64,000 bases of DNA, from NCBI GenBank assembly GCA_030691265.1, contig JAUYET010000075.1, positions 880 through 64,879 on the forward strand. Reading direction: 5' to 3'. The position numbers were made by a program, and so were the translations under genes. Source of the DNA: Pseudomonadota bacterium (GTDB taxonomy: Bacteria; Pseudomonadota; Gammaproteobacteria; Burkholderiales; Thiobacillaceae). The notes beneath the pieces were generated by a model. That model saw only the letters and a program-made list of their open reading frames with translations. It searched no databases and was not told where the DNA came from. Shown here in pieces: positions 1 through 9,556 of the stretch; position 1 is the stretch's first letter; each line of letters starts with the position of its first letter.

Positions 1-2
1 TC

Positions 3-260
3 TGCGTTGATGCTTTGACTGCATCCGTCGCTGGTATTGATCTTGCAGCCGGCACCCTGCTTCCCACTTCTACTGCTTTTGGCACTGTCGCCACGGCTAA
101 TACAACAGGTTATACCTTGGCTTTTAGCGCTACCTCGGTGACCTTTAACTTGGGTGGCACGCTGGTGCAGCAGGTGCCGGTAACGACGGCAGCGACTCCT
201 CGCACCTACGAAGCAGGTACTTACTCGGGCAAAATCGGATTGGAAGTCACTTTCCTGTGA
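3..260 (+). CDS. C-terminal part of a small secreted fimbrial-type subunit (DUF4402/SCPU-like); 5' end lies outside the window
   Basis: The frame is open from the window edge. It ends GTYSGKIGLEVTFL, a G-x-Y-S-G...V-x-(Y/F) terminal strand motif that recurs in the next gene. Its stop overlaps the next start (GTGA at 257-260). Confidence 0.5.
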   Translation, partial: CVDALTASVAGIDLAAGTLLPTSTAFGTVATANTTGYTLAFSATSVTFNLGGTLVQQVPVTTAATPRTYEAGTYSGKIGLEVTFL

Positions 261-1291
261 TTTGGCCTCTCCGCCCCCTTGTGGGGCAGTTTTGCAAGCT
301 AGTCAACCGGCAGTCATATGATTGCCGGTATTTTTTTGTGCTTGCCAGTATTTCGTTTTGGTTAGGGCTGGCATCCTCGTCCGCTTTTGCCGCACCGCAA
401 ATCGTCATGTTGCAACGGCTGGATTTTGGCGTGCTGGCAATCCGCGCCAATGCGGTGGCCTCGGCGCTGACACTCTCACCGCTAGGCGCCACCTCCTATG
501 GCAGTGCTTTTGTTTCCATCGCGGCAGCGGTGCCAGGGCGTTACCGGCTGACCGGTTACCCCGCCTTCACCGACATTAGCGTGAGCATGTCGGCCAGCCC
601 GATCAACCTGGCCAGCGGCGTTCTCGGCGAAACCCTGACCGTGTCAACTGCCGTCACTAACCCACTGGTGCTGCATACCGATGTCAACGGTCAGGTCGAC
701 TTTAATCTCGGGGCCACGCTGACCACCAGCGGCAGCAGCGTGCTTTACCCGGATGGCGTTTATGTCGGTCATCCAGGGCTGACCCTGAACTTCAATGTTG
801 CGGGGGTTCCGCAGTTTACAAATCACCAAATCGATGTTGACGTTGTGCTGCGCACCAGCCTGGTTCTGACCGAAATGGAACAGCTCTCTTTTGGCAAGCT
901 TGCTGTGTTTTCTTCGGCCACCGACCAGGCTACTCTGAAGCTGGAGCCGAACAGACAGGTCACCATCGTTAATGCCGGCAGCGCCAAAATCGTGCGCTTT
1001 GGCAACGAAACACCCGGCGTCTTCAAGGTGACCACGGGTGCGGCCTATGCACCGGTCACCATCACGCTTCCCGCCACCACCATCTATCTCACGCATCAGT
1101 CGCTGTCGCCCGATGTCGCGCGGCTGCTGGCGACCGATTTCGTCTCCCTGCCCACCTCCGCCAACGCCAAGCTTGACGCCAATGGCACGATGGAATTCCG
1201 CCTCGGCGCCACACTGCGCACCGAGCAGACGGCAAAACGCTATCAAGACGGCTTGTATTCAGGTTCATATCTGCTGGATGTCGAGTATTAA
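257..1291 (+). CDS. Secreted protein with two DUF4402/SCPU-like modules (putative tip or adhesin subunit)
   Basis: Signal-peptide-like N-terminus (FWLGLASSSAFA/AP). Two modules end in FNLGATL...GVYVGHPGLTLNF and FRLGATL...GLYSGSYLLDVEY. The start is uncertain (GTG at 257). Confidence 0.5.
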   Translation: MIWPLRPLVGQFCKLVNRQSYDCRYFFVLASISFWLGLASSSAFAAPQIVMLQRLDFGVLAIRANAVASALTLSPLGATSYGSAFVSIAAAVPGRYRLTGYPAFTDISVSMSASPINLASGVLGETLTVSTAVTNPLVLHTDVNGQVDFNLGATLTTSGSSVLYPDGVYVGHPGLTLNFNVAGVPQFTNHQIDVDVVLRTSLVLTEMEQLSFGKLAVFSSATDQATLKLEPNRQVTIVNAGSAKIVRFGNETPGVFKVTTGAAYAPVTITLPATTIYLTHQSLSPDVARLLATDFVSLPTSANAKLDANGTMEFRLGATLRTEQTAKRYQDGLYSGSYLLDVEY

Positions 1292-1423
1292 ACTACCCGC
1301 CTGAATCGGCATGGTCGATGGCTCCGGGGCAAAAAATACGCTGCAATGTTTGAGGCAATTCACCTGCTCGCCACATGCTTGCACACAGTTGTTCACTGTT
1401 GATAACCAGTCTGGAGAGTTTCG

Positions 1424-2320
1424 ATGTACTTGAAGCGCATATTTTCTGCATTATGGCGTGGCCTGAAGTTTGCCGCCCAGGACACTTCCGTCACGCTCGC
1501 CGTACTCGCGATCAGTATTTTGGCGCTACCATCACATGCAGATATCCTCATCAGTCCGCAACGCGCAATCTTGACCGATGACGTTCGGCAGGCAGTGATC
1601 AGCTTGCATAACCCGGGCACGGATCCACGCGCTTACCGTTTAAGCTGGGTTGAGCGCCGAGTCACTGAAGACGGGCAAGTGCTTAGCCTCAAGGATGGCG
1701 AGAATCCACGCTCGATCACCTCGATGGTGCGTTTCTCGCCGCGCCGCGTGATCATCCAGCCCGGGCAAACCCAGACCGTGCGGCTGGAGTACCGGCCGCC
1801 AGCCGATCTGAAACCTGGCGAATATCGCTCCCACCTGCGCATCGGCATGGAGCCCATCGCCGATAAAAACGGTAATAGCGGTGGCACCGAGGTCATGCGC
1901 GGTGAGAAGGAGGGCATTTCTTTCCGCCTGGACGCCTTGATGTCTTTTTCCGTGCCGATATTTGTGCGTCATGGCGCGGGTGGTGCGGAAGTGAAAATTT
2001 CCGCAGTGGAACCCGTGATAAACAAGCAGGACGGCCCCGGCGTGCCCGCCTTGAAGGTGACACTTTCGCGCGGTGGCGAATTTGGCGCTTATGGCCGGCT
2101 GATGGTTTATCGCCAATTAAATGCCAGCGCACCGGTTGAATTGATCGGCGAAGCCGGGTCAGTCGCCTTGTATGCAGAGGTTAGCGGCCATACCCGCATG
2201 ATCAACCTGAGACCGGATGCCAGTTTGACGCCCGGAAGCTGGGTCAGGGTGACCTATGAAGGCGTGGGCGAAGAGCGAGGCCGGGTTTTTGCTGAACAGA
2301 CTTTCCAGCTTGGCAAGTGA
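1424..2320 (+). CDS. PapD-like periplasmic pilus chaperone
   Basis: Signal peptide, then ILISPQRAILTDD..AVISLHNPG..YRLSW and IIQPGQTQTVRLEY, the typical two-Ig-domain fimbrial chaperone pattern. It lies next to the subunit genes. Confidence 0.65.
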   Translation: MYLKRIFSALWRGLKFAAQDTSVTLAVLAISILALPSHADILISPQRAILTDDVRQAVISLHNPGTDPRAYRLSWVERRVTEDGQVLSLKDGENPRSITSMVRFSPRRVIIQPGQTQTVRLEYRPPADLKPGEYRSHLRIGMEPIADKNGNSGGTEVMRGEKEGISFRLDALMSFSVPIFVRHGAGGAEVKISAVEPVINKQDGPGVPALKVTLSRGGEFGAYGRLMVYRQLNASAPVELIGEAGSVALYAEVSGHTRMINLRPDASLTPGSWVRVTYEGVGEERGRVFAEQTFQLGK

Positions 2321-2361
2321 TCAACTACTTGATAACGGTAAATTTGTTCTAACCGAGATTT

Positions 2362-2468
2362 CGTCATTCTTGCGCAGGTGCGAATCCAGTTCGTTTGCCA
2401 AGCTTGGGGTTGAACGGCAATCAGACGAACGCACTGGATTCTGGCTTACCCACTGCCGGAATGACGGA
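2362..2468. repeat. Imperfect palindromic REP-like element (cgtcattc..gcgaatccag / ctggattc..gaatgacg arms)
   Basis: Inverted arms of about 35 bp lie in the convergent gap between the chaperone gene and the glycine-zipper gene. Confidence 0.45.
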
Positions 2469-2560
2469 CTAAAACGGTTTCACGTGATTACTTAACACCT
2501 TGCGGAAATGACGGTAGCTCAAAGTGTTACGGCGAGAACAAATTAGTCGTGCCTACTTGA

Positions 2561-3148
2561 TCAACTGCCTTGTGAGTAAAAACACAGGCCTCGTAAATGC
2601 GGAACGAGGATCGTTTTCCCACCGCACGCCGCTGCGATCTGCTCGCTGGAAAATCGGGGTAATACTGGTACGGGCATCGAAACCTGGCTCGCTTTAACGG
2701 TGCTGGGTGTGTCGAAGGTGATGCCCTGAGCGTTGGCGAAGGACAGTGTCGGTGTGGCCTGTCCGTTTTGCGGCACGATGTCGCGTTTGACGTAAAGCAG
2801 GCTGGCTTTCTCTGCCCGGGCCTTATCCTCGTTGAACATCGAATTCTTGCCGACAAAGAAGCCGACCACGCTTCCTACGATAGGCCCGGCCGGGTGAGCG
2901 AACATCGCCCCGCCGAGGATGCTGCCCGCCAGAGAGCCGGAGCGCCGGGGGTCGGAAAGATAATCGCGGATATATCCCGAGGTCTTGTCTCCTAACCCCG
3001 CGCCCGAAGCCGCTTTGGTGGCGTTTTTGGCCGACGCAGTGTCAACAGCTAATGAGTCACTGCCATAGGATGCACCACCATAAGACGACGCTAACACCAG
3101 GGTTGATAACAGGGCGCTGTCGCGTAGATTTTTCAGAATGACTTTCAT
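2561..3148 (-). CDS. Secreted glycine-zipper protein
   Basis: N-terminal signal MKVILKNLRDSALLSTLVLASS. Gly-zipper stretch GSLAGSILGGAMFAHPAGPIVGSVVGFFVG. GGAG RBS upstream of the ATG at 3148. It follows the usher-like gene with a 19-nt gap. Confidence 0.4.
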   Translation of the reverse strand: MKVILKNLRDSALLSTLVLASSYGGASYGSDSLAVDTASAKNATKAASGAGLGDKTSGYIRDYLSDPRRSGSLAGSILGGAMFAHPAGPIVGSVVGFFVGKNSMFNEDKARAEKASLLYVKRDIVPQNGQATPTLSFANAQGITFDTPSTVKASQVSMPVPVLPRFSSEQIAAACGGKTILVPHLRGLCFYSQGS

Positions 3149-3167
3149 CGGTTTCACTCCTTCGCTC

Positions 3168-6100
3168 TTATGGAGCAATTGTGATGCACTCAATGCCTTG
3201 AGTCTTCAGAGCGCTACACATTGTATCGGCACCGGATTTGCCGGGTTTCGCTACAACGCGGTGAAATAGGCCATGTCGGCCAAGATCGACGGTGACGATA
3301 TCGATCTGCGCATCTATAAGCAGAGGCATGGATAACAACTTTTGCCGATACGCCCGGGCGCCTTCAATATCCGCGAATGCGGCGATTTGAACCAGCCGGC
3401 CGTCGGATGGTTTATCCACTGCGGCTGGCGCGGGCGAAGGATCTGCTTGAGTTTTGGCTACGGTTAAGGCTGGCGCAGGTGGCAAGGTCACCACCGGTTG
3501 CGCGATAACGGATGTTTCGGCCAGCGTTGCCGGTGTTTCGGGAATGACTATTTCCACATTGGAATATTCGCTGCGTTCTCTCGCCAGAATCACCTTGGGT
3601 TGATTGGCGCTGGCGCGTAGTTGCCCGGCCAGGTCAAGGCTGTAGCTGTCATAGGGGACATCTTCGAACACGAACAAGCCGTCCTGGCTGGATATTTTGA
3701 ACGCGACGACGGCGCCAGCGCTGTTGCGGAGTTCGACCATTGCGCCAGCCAGTGGAGCACGCCGGTTAAACTGCATTTTGTAGACATGCCCGTCGATGAC
3801 TCCCGTTGGAATAACTGGGAAATCAATGACCTTGATTGCGGTCGGCCGCGGACGAACCGAGTTGCCGGCATGGGCCGAAATCATCTGCGTACTAGGCAAC
3901 GTTTCGGTTGCCAAAACCACGTCGGTGGGGCGAACCGAATCCATGTTGGTCAGGTAGGCCACGCCCTTATCGTCGGTCTTTGCGCTACGGTAGGCCTGAA
4001 TGGCTCGAATCGAGACGTTGGGCAACGGTTCGTCTTCTGCGCTGAAAGTCTTGCTGCCGTCATTGTCCAGAAAGACGCGCGCCGCTACGGTGCCGCTGGT
4101 GGCTAGTGAACTGCCGCTGACCATGATACCGGCGCGATCCGGGCGTGGTGCCAGGGAGAAGGCGGCGTAGATGAAGCCACTGTATTCGCCGTTCGAGTCG
4201 TAGTTGACGCGCGGGCTTAAGGTGACTTGCGGAAACTGCCAGTTCAAACCCGAGGTGTAGCGGGTGACGTTGGAAAGCGGGGTGTAGATCAGGCCAAAGT
4301 TGACGCTCATGTCATTGGCAATAGTCAGGTTGCTGTCCAGGAAATACTGGCGCGCCTCGGCATTGGGCTGCAAGGTATACGACAAGCCGCCGCGCAACGT
4401 CAGAGGTTGGGCGCTGGTGCTGAAAAACAGGCTGCCATCCAGAACATCGGGCAGGCGAACATCGCTTGAGTCGCGGCCGAACTGGAAATAGTTAAGCGTG
4501 TTGCCGTAGGTGACACGGCCCGTTCGCGCAGTGAAGCCAGCCGAGGCTTGATTGGAACTCCGGGCCGGTTCCTGATTGTGAAACAGTGAGAACACGGTCG
4601 AGGTTTTGCCAATTGGGCCGCTCAGCGTGAGGCCGGTGCGGCTGCGCAGTTGCAGTTCATATTTATCTTGCACAAGCGGATCATCAACAAGCACGGTCTG
4701 GGCGTATTGCGTATGACTGAAACGCGCGTCAAACCCCCATAATTTTTTCTGCGCGGGGAGTGCAATGGAGCCATCCCAACGCGTGCCGGTGAGCGGGGCA
4801 TACGTCGCGGTTGCGCCAAAGGTGATGTCGCGCCAGCCAGCGCTTGCGCCCAGGCTGGTGTAGTTGAGCCGCCGACCATCAACCACCAGGTTGTTCCATG
4901 CACCACGCAATGACAATTTCGGCAACACGCGGATTTCCATGCTGCCGGCAAGTCGCAATGATCCGCGATCGCTCATGCCTGGATAGGACGTGTCTTGTCC
5001 GTCGTAGATTTGCTCGCCTTTTTGTGATGCGGACAGTTGATAACGCACGCTGCCAGGCAGGTCAGGGGTTAAACCGCTATATCGAGTAATGGTTTCCGTA
5101 CGGCGTTCGCCTGCTGGGCCGTAGAAGGCCAGTTCGAATTTATTCTCGCCAGCAAAGGGTTCGATATTGGTGAAATTGTAGCGTCCATTCGCGCCTATGG
5201 TCTGGAACCCAACGCGCATGCCGTTCTGGAACAGTTCTACATCCCAGCCTTCGAGCGCGTCGCCGCGGAGGTTGAAAATGTCGCTGCCGATCAGGTCGTC
5301 ACGGCCAACGGTCGAGCCGCCACCTTGAATCAAAACGCCGCGCTCGACGCCGCTGTAGCTCACGCCGGGCACGATGGCCGGGACGATGTCGCCGACTTCG
5401 ACGTAGCGCAAACCCAAGGGCATGCCGAGATTGTCGCGCGATAAGCTGAATCGGGCTTGCGACAGCGCGTCCTGGTCGCTTCCACTCAGGTAAATATGCG
5501 AATCCATGTAGGTGAGATCGCCGCTCACCAGCGCCGAATAGTTGAGGCCGGTGGTCGTTTTACCGGTGCTCTCGGGACGCCGAATCGAGTAACCCAGGCC
5601 GATATCAGCGGCATGCGGACCCAGTAGTTTGTAGGGGCTATCAATCAGTGGCAATGTGGCTGGGCCGACGCTGTAGCCCTGCTGAGCGCCACGGCGGCGA
5701 GCCTGACGTTCCTGTAATGGCAGACGCTCACGCGGCATCACTTCGATCTTCAAGGCCGATATTTTGAGACTCAAATCGACCGGAAACCAACGCGATAGCG
5801 CTTCAACGGTGACGAAAATGGCATCTTTGTGGGTGAATGCGTCATTAAGCAGGAGCTTTTTGCGCTTGCCCTCAATCTCGACAAATTTTTCATTCAGGTT
5901 GAGCACGAATGTGCGCTCTGGACGAATGAATGAGCCGTTGGCCGTGCCAGCCACCGGGTCGACAATAATGGGAAATTCGAATGCAGCACCGGCTTCGGCC
6001 AGAGAAACCACAGCCGTGTCGCCTAGTGCATAAGCCGTGACCGATGAGGCCAGAATCTGACGCTCCAGGACAAAGTCGAGCAAAAGCAGATTGTCTTCTT

Positions 6101-6218
6101 CGAGTAGCGCTGCTTGTGCCGGTGAATTGAACACCAGCCCGGTTAGCAAAGCTGACGAAACAATAAGCGTGCTTAGAAGGCGGTTCAGGCCGTCGAAATA
6201 TCGTCCACCGCTGTCCAT
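3168..6218 (-). CDS. Usher-like outer-membrane protein with C-terminal CarboxypepD_reg-like domains and a terminal SPOR domain
   Basis: Signal peptide (start taken at MDSGGRYF..SPAQA). The usher-type middle region DVELFQNGMRVGFQTIGANGRYNFTNIEPFAGENKFELAFYGPAGERRTETITRY resembles the usher plug region. IDGHVY...VELRNSAGAVVAFKISSQDGLFVFEDVPYDSYSL is CarboxypepD_reg-like. The last ~75 aa, LVQIAAFADIEGARAYRQKL...GLFHRVVAKPGKSGADTMCSALKTQGIEC, are SPOR-like. Confidence 0.6.
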   Translation of the reverse strand: MDSGGRYFDGLNRLLSTLIVSSALLTGLVFNSPAQAALLEEDNLLLLDFVLERQILASSVTAYALGDTAVVSLAEAGAAFEFPIIVDPVAGTANGSFIRPERTFVLNLNEKFVEIEGKRKKLLLNDAFTHKDAIFVTVEALSRWFPVDLSLKISALKIEVMPRERLPLQERQARRRGAQQGYSVGPATLPLIDSPYKLLGPHAADIGLGYSIRRPESTGKTTTGLNYSALVSGDLTYMDSHIYLSGSDQDALSQARFSLSRDNLGMPLGLRYVEVGDIVPAIVPGVSYSGVERGVLIQGGGSTVGRDDLIGSDIFNLRGDALEGWDVELFQNGMRVGFQTIGANGRYNFTNIEPFAGENKFELAFYGPAGERRTETITRYSGLTPDLPGSVRYQLSASQKGEQIYDGQDTSYPGMSDRGSLRLAGSMEIRVLPKLSLRGAWNNLVVDGRRLNYTSLGASAGWRDITFGATATYAPLTGTRWDGSIALPAQKKLWGFDARFSHTQYAQTVLVDDPLVQDKYELQLRSRTGLTLSGPIGKTSTVFSLFHNQEPARSSNQASAGFTARTGRVTYGNTLNYFQFGRDSSDVRLPDVLDGSLFFSTSAQPLTLRGGLSYTLQPNAEARQYFLDSNLTIANDMSVNFGLIYTPLSNVTRYTSGLNWQFPQVTLSPRVNYDSNGEYSGFIYAAFSLAPRPDRAGIMVSGSSLATSGTVAARVFLDNDGSKTFSAEDEPLPNVSIRAIQAYRSAKTDDKGVAYLTNMDSVRPTDVVLATETLPSTQMISAHAGNSVRPRPTAIKVIDFPVIPTGVIDGHVYKMQFNRRAPLAGAMVELRNSAGAVVAFKISSQDGLFVFEDVPYDSYSLDLAGQLRASANQPKVILARERSEYSNVEIVIPETPATLAETSVIAQPVVTLPPAPALTVAKTQADPSPAPAAVDKPSDGRLVQIAAFADIEGARAYRQKLLSMPLLIDAQIDIVTVDLGRHGLFHRVVAKPGKSGADTMCSALKTQGIECITIAP

Positions 6219-6590
6219 CGTCGCGGATGCTGAAGCACGGAAAAACTGCCTGGTTAGTATTTCAATACTCCACTGCCTGCCAGCGGTTGAACAACAGCCT
6301 CGATAACTATCTTCCACTGGGCGATGATGAATAACACAATAAAAACAAGAAATTCAATGGTTTTGGCGAGTTTCCTCGAGTCTTTCTGTTACTGTCAATC
6401 GCGAATTTTTCAATGTAGAGTGCGGATTGAAATGTGGGTACTCCTGCCTATTCCGCCAACGTGCGTATCTCGCAATCGGCGTGGCTTATGGAGGCAAGGG
6501 CCAATGGCTTTTCTTGGTTCAAGGAGGTCAACGACATCGTCACTCCGACCTTGACGGAAGTGTTGAAACTCGATGAATGCCTAATAGGAA

Positions 6591-6733
6591 GGCTCTGTTC
6601 GCTCTAAGCGTTGAAAACCCGATGGTACCGCATTGAGTCTGGCTATCCGTATGATTTGGCGGGATTTATCCCTGGCGACGTTTTGGCCAAGTCATTGAAT
6701 CAACAGCGACCAACGGAAGACGCGAACAGAGCC
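6591..6733. mobile_element. 143-bp MITE-like element with 12-bp perfect terminal inverted repeats and an 8-bp target-site duplication
   Basis: GGCTCTGTTCGC at 6591-6602 and its exact reverse complement at 6722-6733. Both are flanked externally by the direct repeat AATAGGAA (6583-6590 and 6734-6741). Confidence 0.55.
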
Positions 6734-6952
6734 AATAGGAAACGCGGCTTGACCCAGCAAACAGCGCCATCGTCGAAATTTTGACAGGCATGTTGAAAGA
6801 CTGGCAGCGTGCCCGGTTAGTCTGTCATCAATTATTCAAATATCCTTGGTTTAATGCGGCCTCGCGGATCATTCGACGCTCACCAGGACTTGGCACGATT
6901 CCCGCTAAACATCTCCCGCAAGTTGATTCAACCATGTCATTGGGAGCTAAAA

Positions 6953-7204
6953 ATGTTGCTACATGAGATAGACAAAATGGATGTCAGTTTGATTCCAGGC
7001 GACGATGGTTTTGATCGCATCGCCATCAAGTTGTTGAGTGATTTGGGCGCTTCGCTGACGCTGACCCCCAGTCAGGCGAGGATTCTTGCCACCGAACTGA
7101 TCGCTGCCGTGAATCGCGCAGAAGTGAAGAGCAGTCTCAAAAACAGCCCAAACTTATGGCGCCGCCAGGGGGAAGCCCGTCCCCGCCTGGCAACGGCGAG
7201 CTGA
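6953..7204 (+). CDS. Hypothetical small protein (83 aa)
   Basis: ATG is preceded by GGGAG (tgggagctaaaaATG). No recognisable domain. The longer ORF from 6854 is less likely. Confidence 0.3.
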   Translation: MLLHEIDKMDVSLIPGDDGFDRIAIKLLSDLGASLTLTPSQARILATELIAAVNRAEVKSSLKNSPNLWRRQGEARPRLATAS

Positions 7205-7289
7205 AGCGACAACCTGAGGCGGCGTACTCGACAGGCCTGAAAGTAAAAGGCCGCAGAATTCAGTCTCCTTGAGCGTGCTAACATGCCGC

Positions 7290-7315
7290 GGCCGACCTAA
7301 GTCGGCCATTTTTTT
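7290..7315 (+). terminator. Rho-independent terminator-like hairpin
   Basis: ggccgac-ctaa-gtcggcc stem-loop followed by a T7 run. Confidence 0.5.
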
Positions 7316-7347
7316 GTCCTTTTTTTGCCAAACTACAGGGGTTTTTC

Positions 7348-7722
7348 ATGGCGGTCCTGGAACTCGACGAACAGAACTTCGAAGAAGTCATTCTCAACAA
7401 CGATTTTGTCGTGATCGACTTCTGGGCGCCCTGGTGCGGTCCCTGTCAGGGCTTCGCGCCGGTGTACGAAGCGGCTTCGGAAAAGCATGAAGGCATCGTC
7501 TTCGCCAAGGTGAATACTGAAGAGCACCAGGCGCTGGCTGGCCACTTCCAGATTCGCTCCATTCCCACCCTGGTGATCTTCCGCGAGAAAGTGATCATTT
7601 ACGCCCAGCCAGGCGCAATGCCAGCAAGTGGTTTCGACGATCTGATCGCGCATGCCAAGGAAGTCGATATGGCGCAGGTTCATGCCGAGATCGAGGCCGA
7701 ATCCGGCAAGGAAAACGGTTAA
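7348..7722 (+). CDS. Thioredoxin
   Basis: FWAPWCGPC active site and IRSIPTLVIF motif. Confidence 0.9.
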   Translation: MAVLELDEQNFEEVILNNDFVVIDFWAPWCGPCQGFAPVYEAASEKHEGIVFAKVNTEEHQALAGHFQIRSIPTLVIFREKVIIYAQPGAMPASGFDDLIAHAKEVDMAQVHAEIEAESGKENG

Positions 7723-7723
7723 T

Positions 7724-8791
7724 TCAGCCTTTACGCGCCAGTAAATGGCGCGCTGCCTGCGCCGCCCCATCGGCACGGATTGCGGCCTTGCGGGGCTGGC
7801 GCCAGAGTTCAGCCATTGCCGTTTCGACCCGGCTGGAAAACAGGACGGGCTCCTCGATGGCAGCCGCATTGCCGTGCTTCTCCAGCCAGGTGGCGAGGTA
7901 GGGTGTTTCCGGCCAATCCGGCCGACCCATATAAAGCACCGGCACGGCATGCACAGCCGCTTCGACGAAACCGCCGTAACCGACTTTGGTGAGCAGAACG
8001 TCGCTGGATGCCAGCAGATCAAGGAAGGGCAGGTCGAGCGCGCTGAATGGAATCACATCCGCCCGCTCGGGCCCCCAGTCATCCGGCACCAGCCAGATGA
8101 TGTCAGCCAGTTCCGGCAAGCGTCCTTTGCTCTGGTAAGCAATGCCGCCAAACCCCAGTAATGCCAGTTTGCAGGTTGCCGGCAGCGCCAATTTTTCAAT
8201 CAGTTCCTGCCGCCGATTGCGCCCGCGTGCGGCGATCGGCGCAATGCCCCGGCGGCGCGGCAGTTGCGGCATGGGCATGGAGGGTTCGGGTTGCAGAAAA
8301 ACGCCGGCCGCAGCGTAGGCGGCATTCATTTCCCGGAAAATCTCGGCGGCCCCCGGGCGTTCTGCCAGATAGGCTTGCGCGATGTCGGCCCAGTTCAGCG
8401 AACATAGCGCCACGCTTCCGATGCCGGCTTGCGCGGCGGCCGCGAGGGGCAGATAGGCCACGTCGACAAATACCTGATCGAAAGCCTGTGCGCGCAGCCA
8501 AGCGGCTTCACGCTGCACCCGCGCCGGCCAATCGGCATGAAACGCCTGATAGGCGGCATGGCTGGCGGTCAGATCGACGCGCATCGCATCGTGCATGATC
8601 AGACCGACATCGGCGGCTTCATGACGATGTTCAAACGGCCCTTCGATGCGTGCATGCAGCGCGGCGGGGTTGAGTCCGGACCAGATCGTCAGTTCCAGGC
8701 CGGGTTGCAGCACGCGCAGCGCATTCAGCACCGGCGCCGCTTGCGCCAGATGGCCGAGGCCATGCTGGCTGATCGCCGCCAATAACTTCAT
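7724..8791 (-). CDS. GT-B fold glycosyltransferase-like protein of unknown function
   Basis: N-terminal SQHGLGHLAQ glycine-rich loop and a MurG/UGT-like overall pattern. It overlaps the hda stop by 4 nt. The assignment is weak. Confidence 0.3.
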   Translation of the reverse strand: MKLLAAISQHGLGHLAQAAPVLNALRVLQPGLELTIWSGLNPAALHARIEGPFEHRHEAADVGLIMHDAMRVDLTASHAAYQAFHADWPARVQREAAWLRAQAFDQVFVDVAYLPLAAAAQAGIGSVALCSLNWADIAQAYLAERPGAAEIFREMNAAYAAAGVFLQPEPSMPMPQLPRRRGIAPIAARGRNRRQELIEKLALPATCKLALLGFGGIAYQSKGRLPELADIIWLVPDDWGPERADVIPFSALDLPFLDLLASSDVLLTKVGYGGFVEAAVHAVPVLYMGRPDWPETPYLATWLEKHGNAAAIEEPVLFSSRVETAMAELWRQPRKAAIRADGAAQAARHLLARKG

Positions 8792-9459
8792 GGCGCCAGG
8801 CTTTGTTGCAGGATTTCCTTCAGCATCGGCAGGGAAACCGGCCGTTTGCGGCTCAGGGAGTGGGTGTCGAGCAGATCTACCAGCGTCAGCAGGTGGGGCA
8901 GATCGCGCCGGCAGTGGGTCAGTAAGTAACGCAACACCTCATCCGGCAGCCGCATACCGTGCGACTCGGCGCGCACGGTCAGTGCGGCGCGTTTGTCGGC
9001 GTCGCTCAGGGGGTGCAGGCGGAATACCAGGCCCTGGGCCAGACGGGTGGCGAGGTCCGGCCGCACATTCAATTCGATCAACTGCGCCGGCGGCAACGGG
9101 CCGGTGGCCAGCACCCGGCCGGCGCCTTCGCGCGCGGCGTTGATCAGGCTGAACAGCCGGATCTGGTCTTCGGCATCCAGTCGATCCACGTCGTCCACCA
9201 CCACGAGCGCCTGCGGCGGTTCCGGCAGCGGGAAAACGGGCGCCGCGCCAGTGGCGTGACACCAGGCCTGAAAAAGATGGCTTTTGCCGGTGCCGGCCTC
9301 GCCCCACAGATACAAAACGGGTTCTTGAATCAGCCCGGCGGCGTGTTCACGTACCGCGGCGAGCGCCTCGGCGTTGGGGCCGGGCAGGAAGTTATCGAAG
9401 CCGGGCAGGGTGTCCGGGCGAATATCGAGTATCAGTTGGTTGGGGGGCGGAAGACGCAT
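8788..9459 (-). CDS. hda: DnaA regulatory inactivator Hda
   Basis: N-terminal clamp-binding-like QLILDI, Walker [12 protein letters not shown], and a DnaA-family AAA+ pattern. Confidence 0.8.
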   Translation of the reverse strand: MRLPPPNQLILDIRPDTLPGFDNFLPGPNAEALAAVREHAAGLIQEPVLYLWGEAGTGKSHLFQAWCHATGAAPVFPLPEPPQALVVVDDVDRLDAEDQIRLFSLINAAREGAGRVLATGPLPPAQLIELNVRPDLATRLAQGLVFRLHPLSDADKRAALTVRAESHGMRLPDEVLRYLLTHCRRDLPHLLTLVDLLDTHSLSRKRPVSLPMLKEILQQSLAP

Positions 9460-9556
9460 GGCGCGCGAGTTTACCAGCGCCGTGTGCTGTCACATCGGCA
9501 CTACTGCGGACGCGGCCTTGCTTGACAGGCGTGGCTCCCGGCGACTAAATCGCTCC

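Noticed and set aside
6591-6733. Invertible promoter (fimS-like phase switch) interpretation of the 12-bp inverted repeats upstream of the fimbrial operon
   Set aside because: The exact 8-bp direct repeat outside both arms is better explained as a transposition target duplication. No recombinase gene is nearby. Inversion cannot be excluded without read-level data, so it is noted only as an alternative.
7720-7726. One-nucleotide gap between the convergent stop codons of the thioredoxin gene and the GT-like gene, as a possible regulatory feature
   Set aside because: Tight convergent packing is common in compact genomes. No hairpin or repeat is associated with it, and nothing further can be inferred from the sequence.
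9374-9556. Long N-terminal extensions in the ORF track (nadA from 9374, DUF4197 from 10633, mshK from 27277, mshL from 27819, mshM from 29682, apbE from 33960, pgeF from 47989, ZIP from 48675, TPR from 51275)
   Set aside because: The extensions overlap upstream genes or read through REP palindromes. Downstream starts give proper signal peptides or family-typical N-termini, so shorter coordinates are reported.
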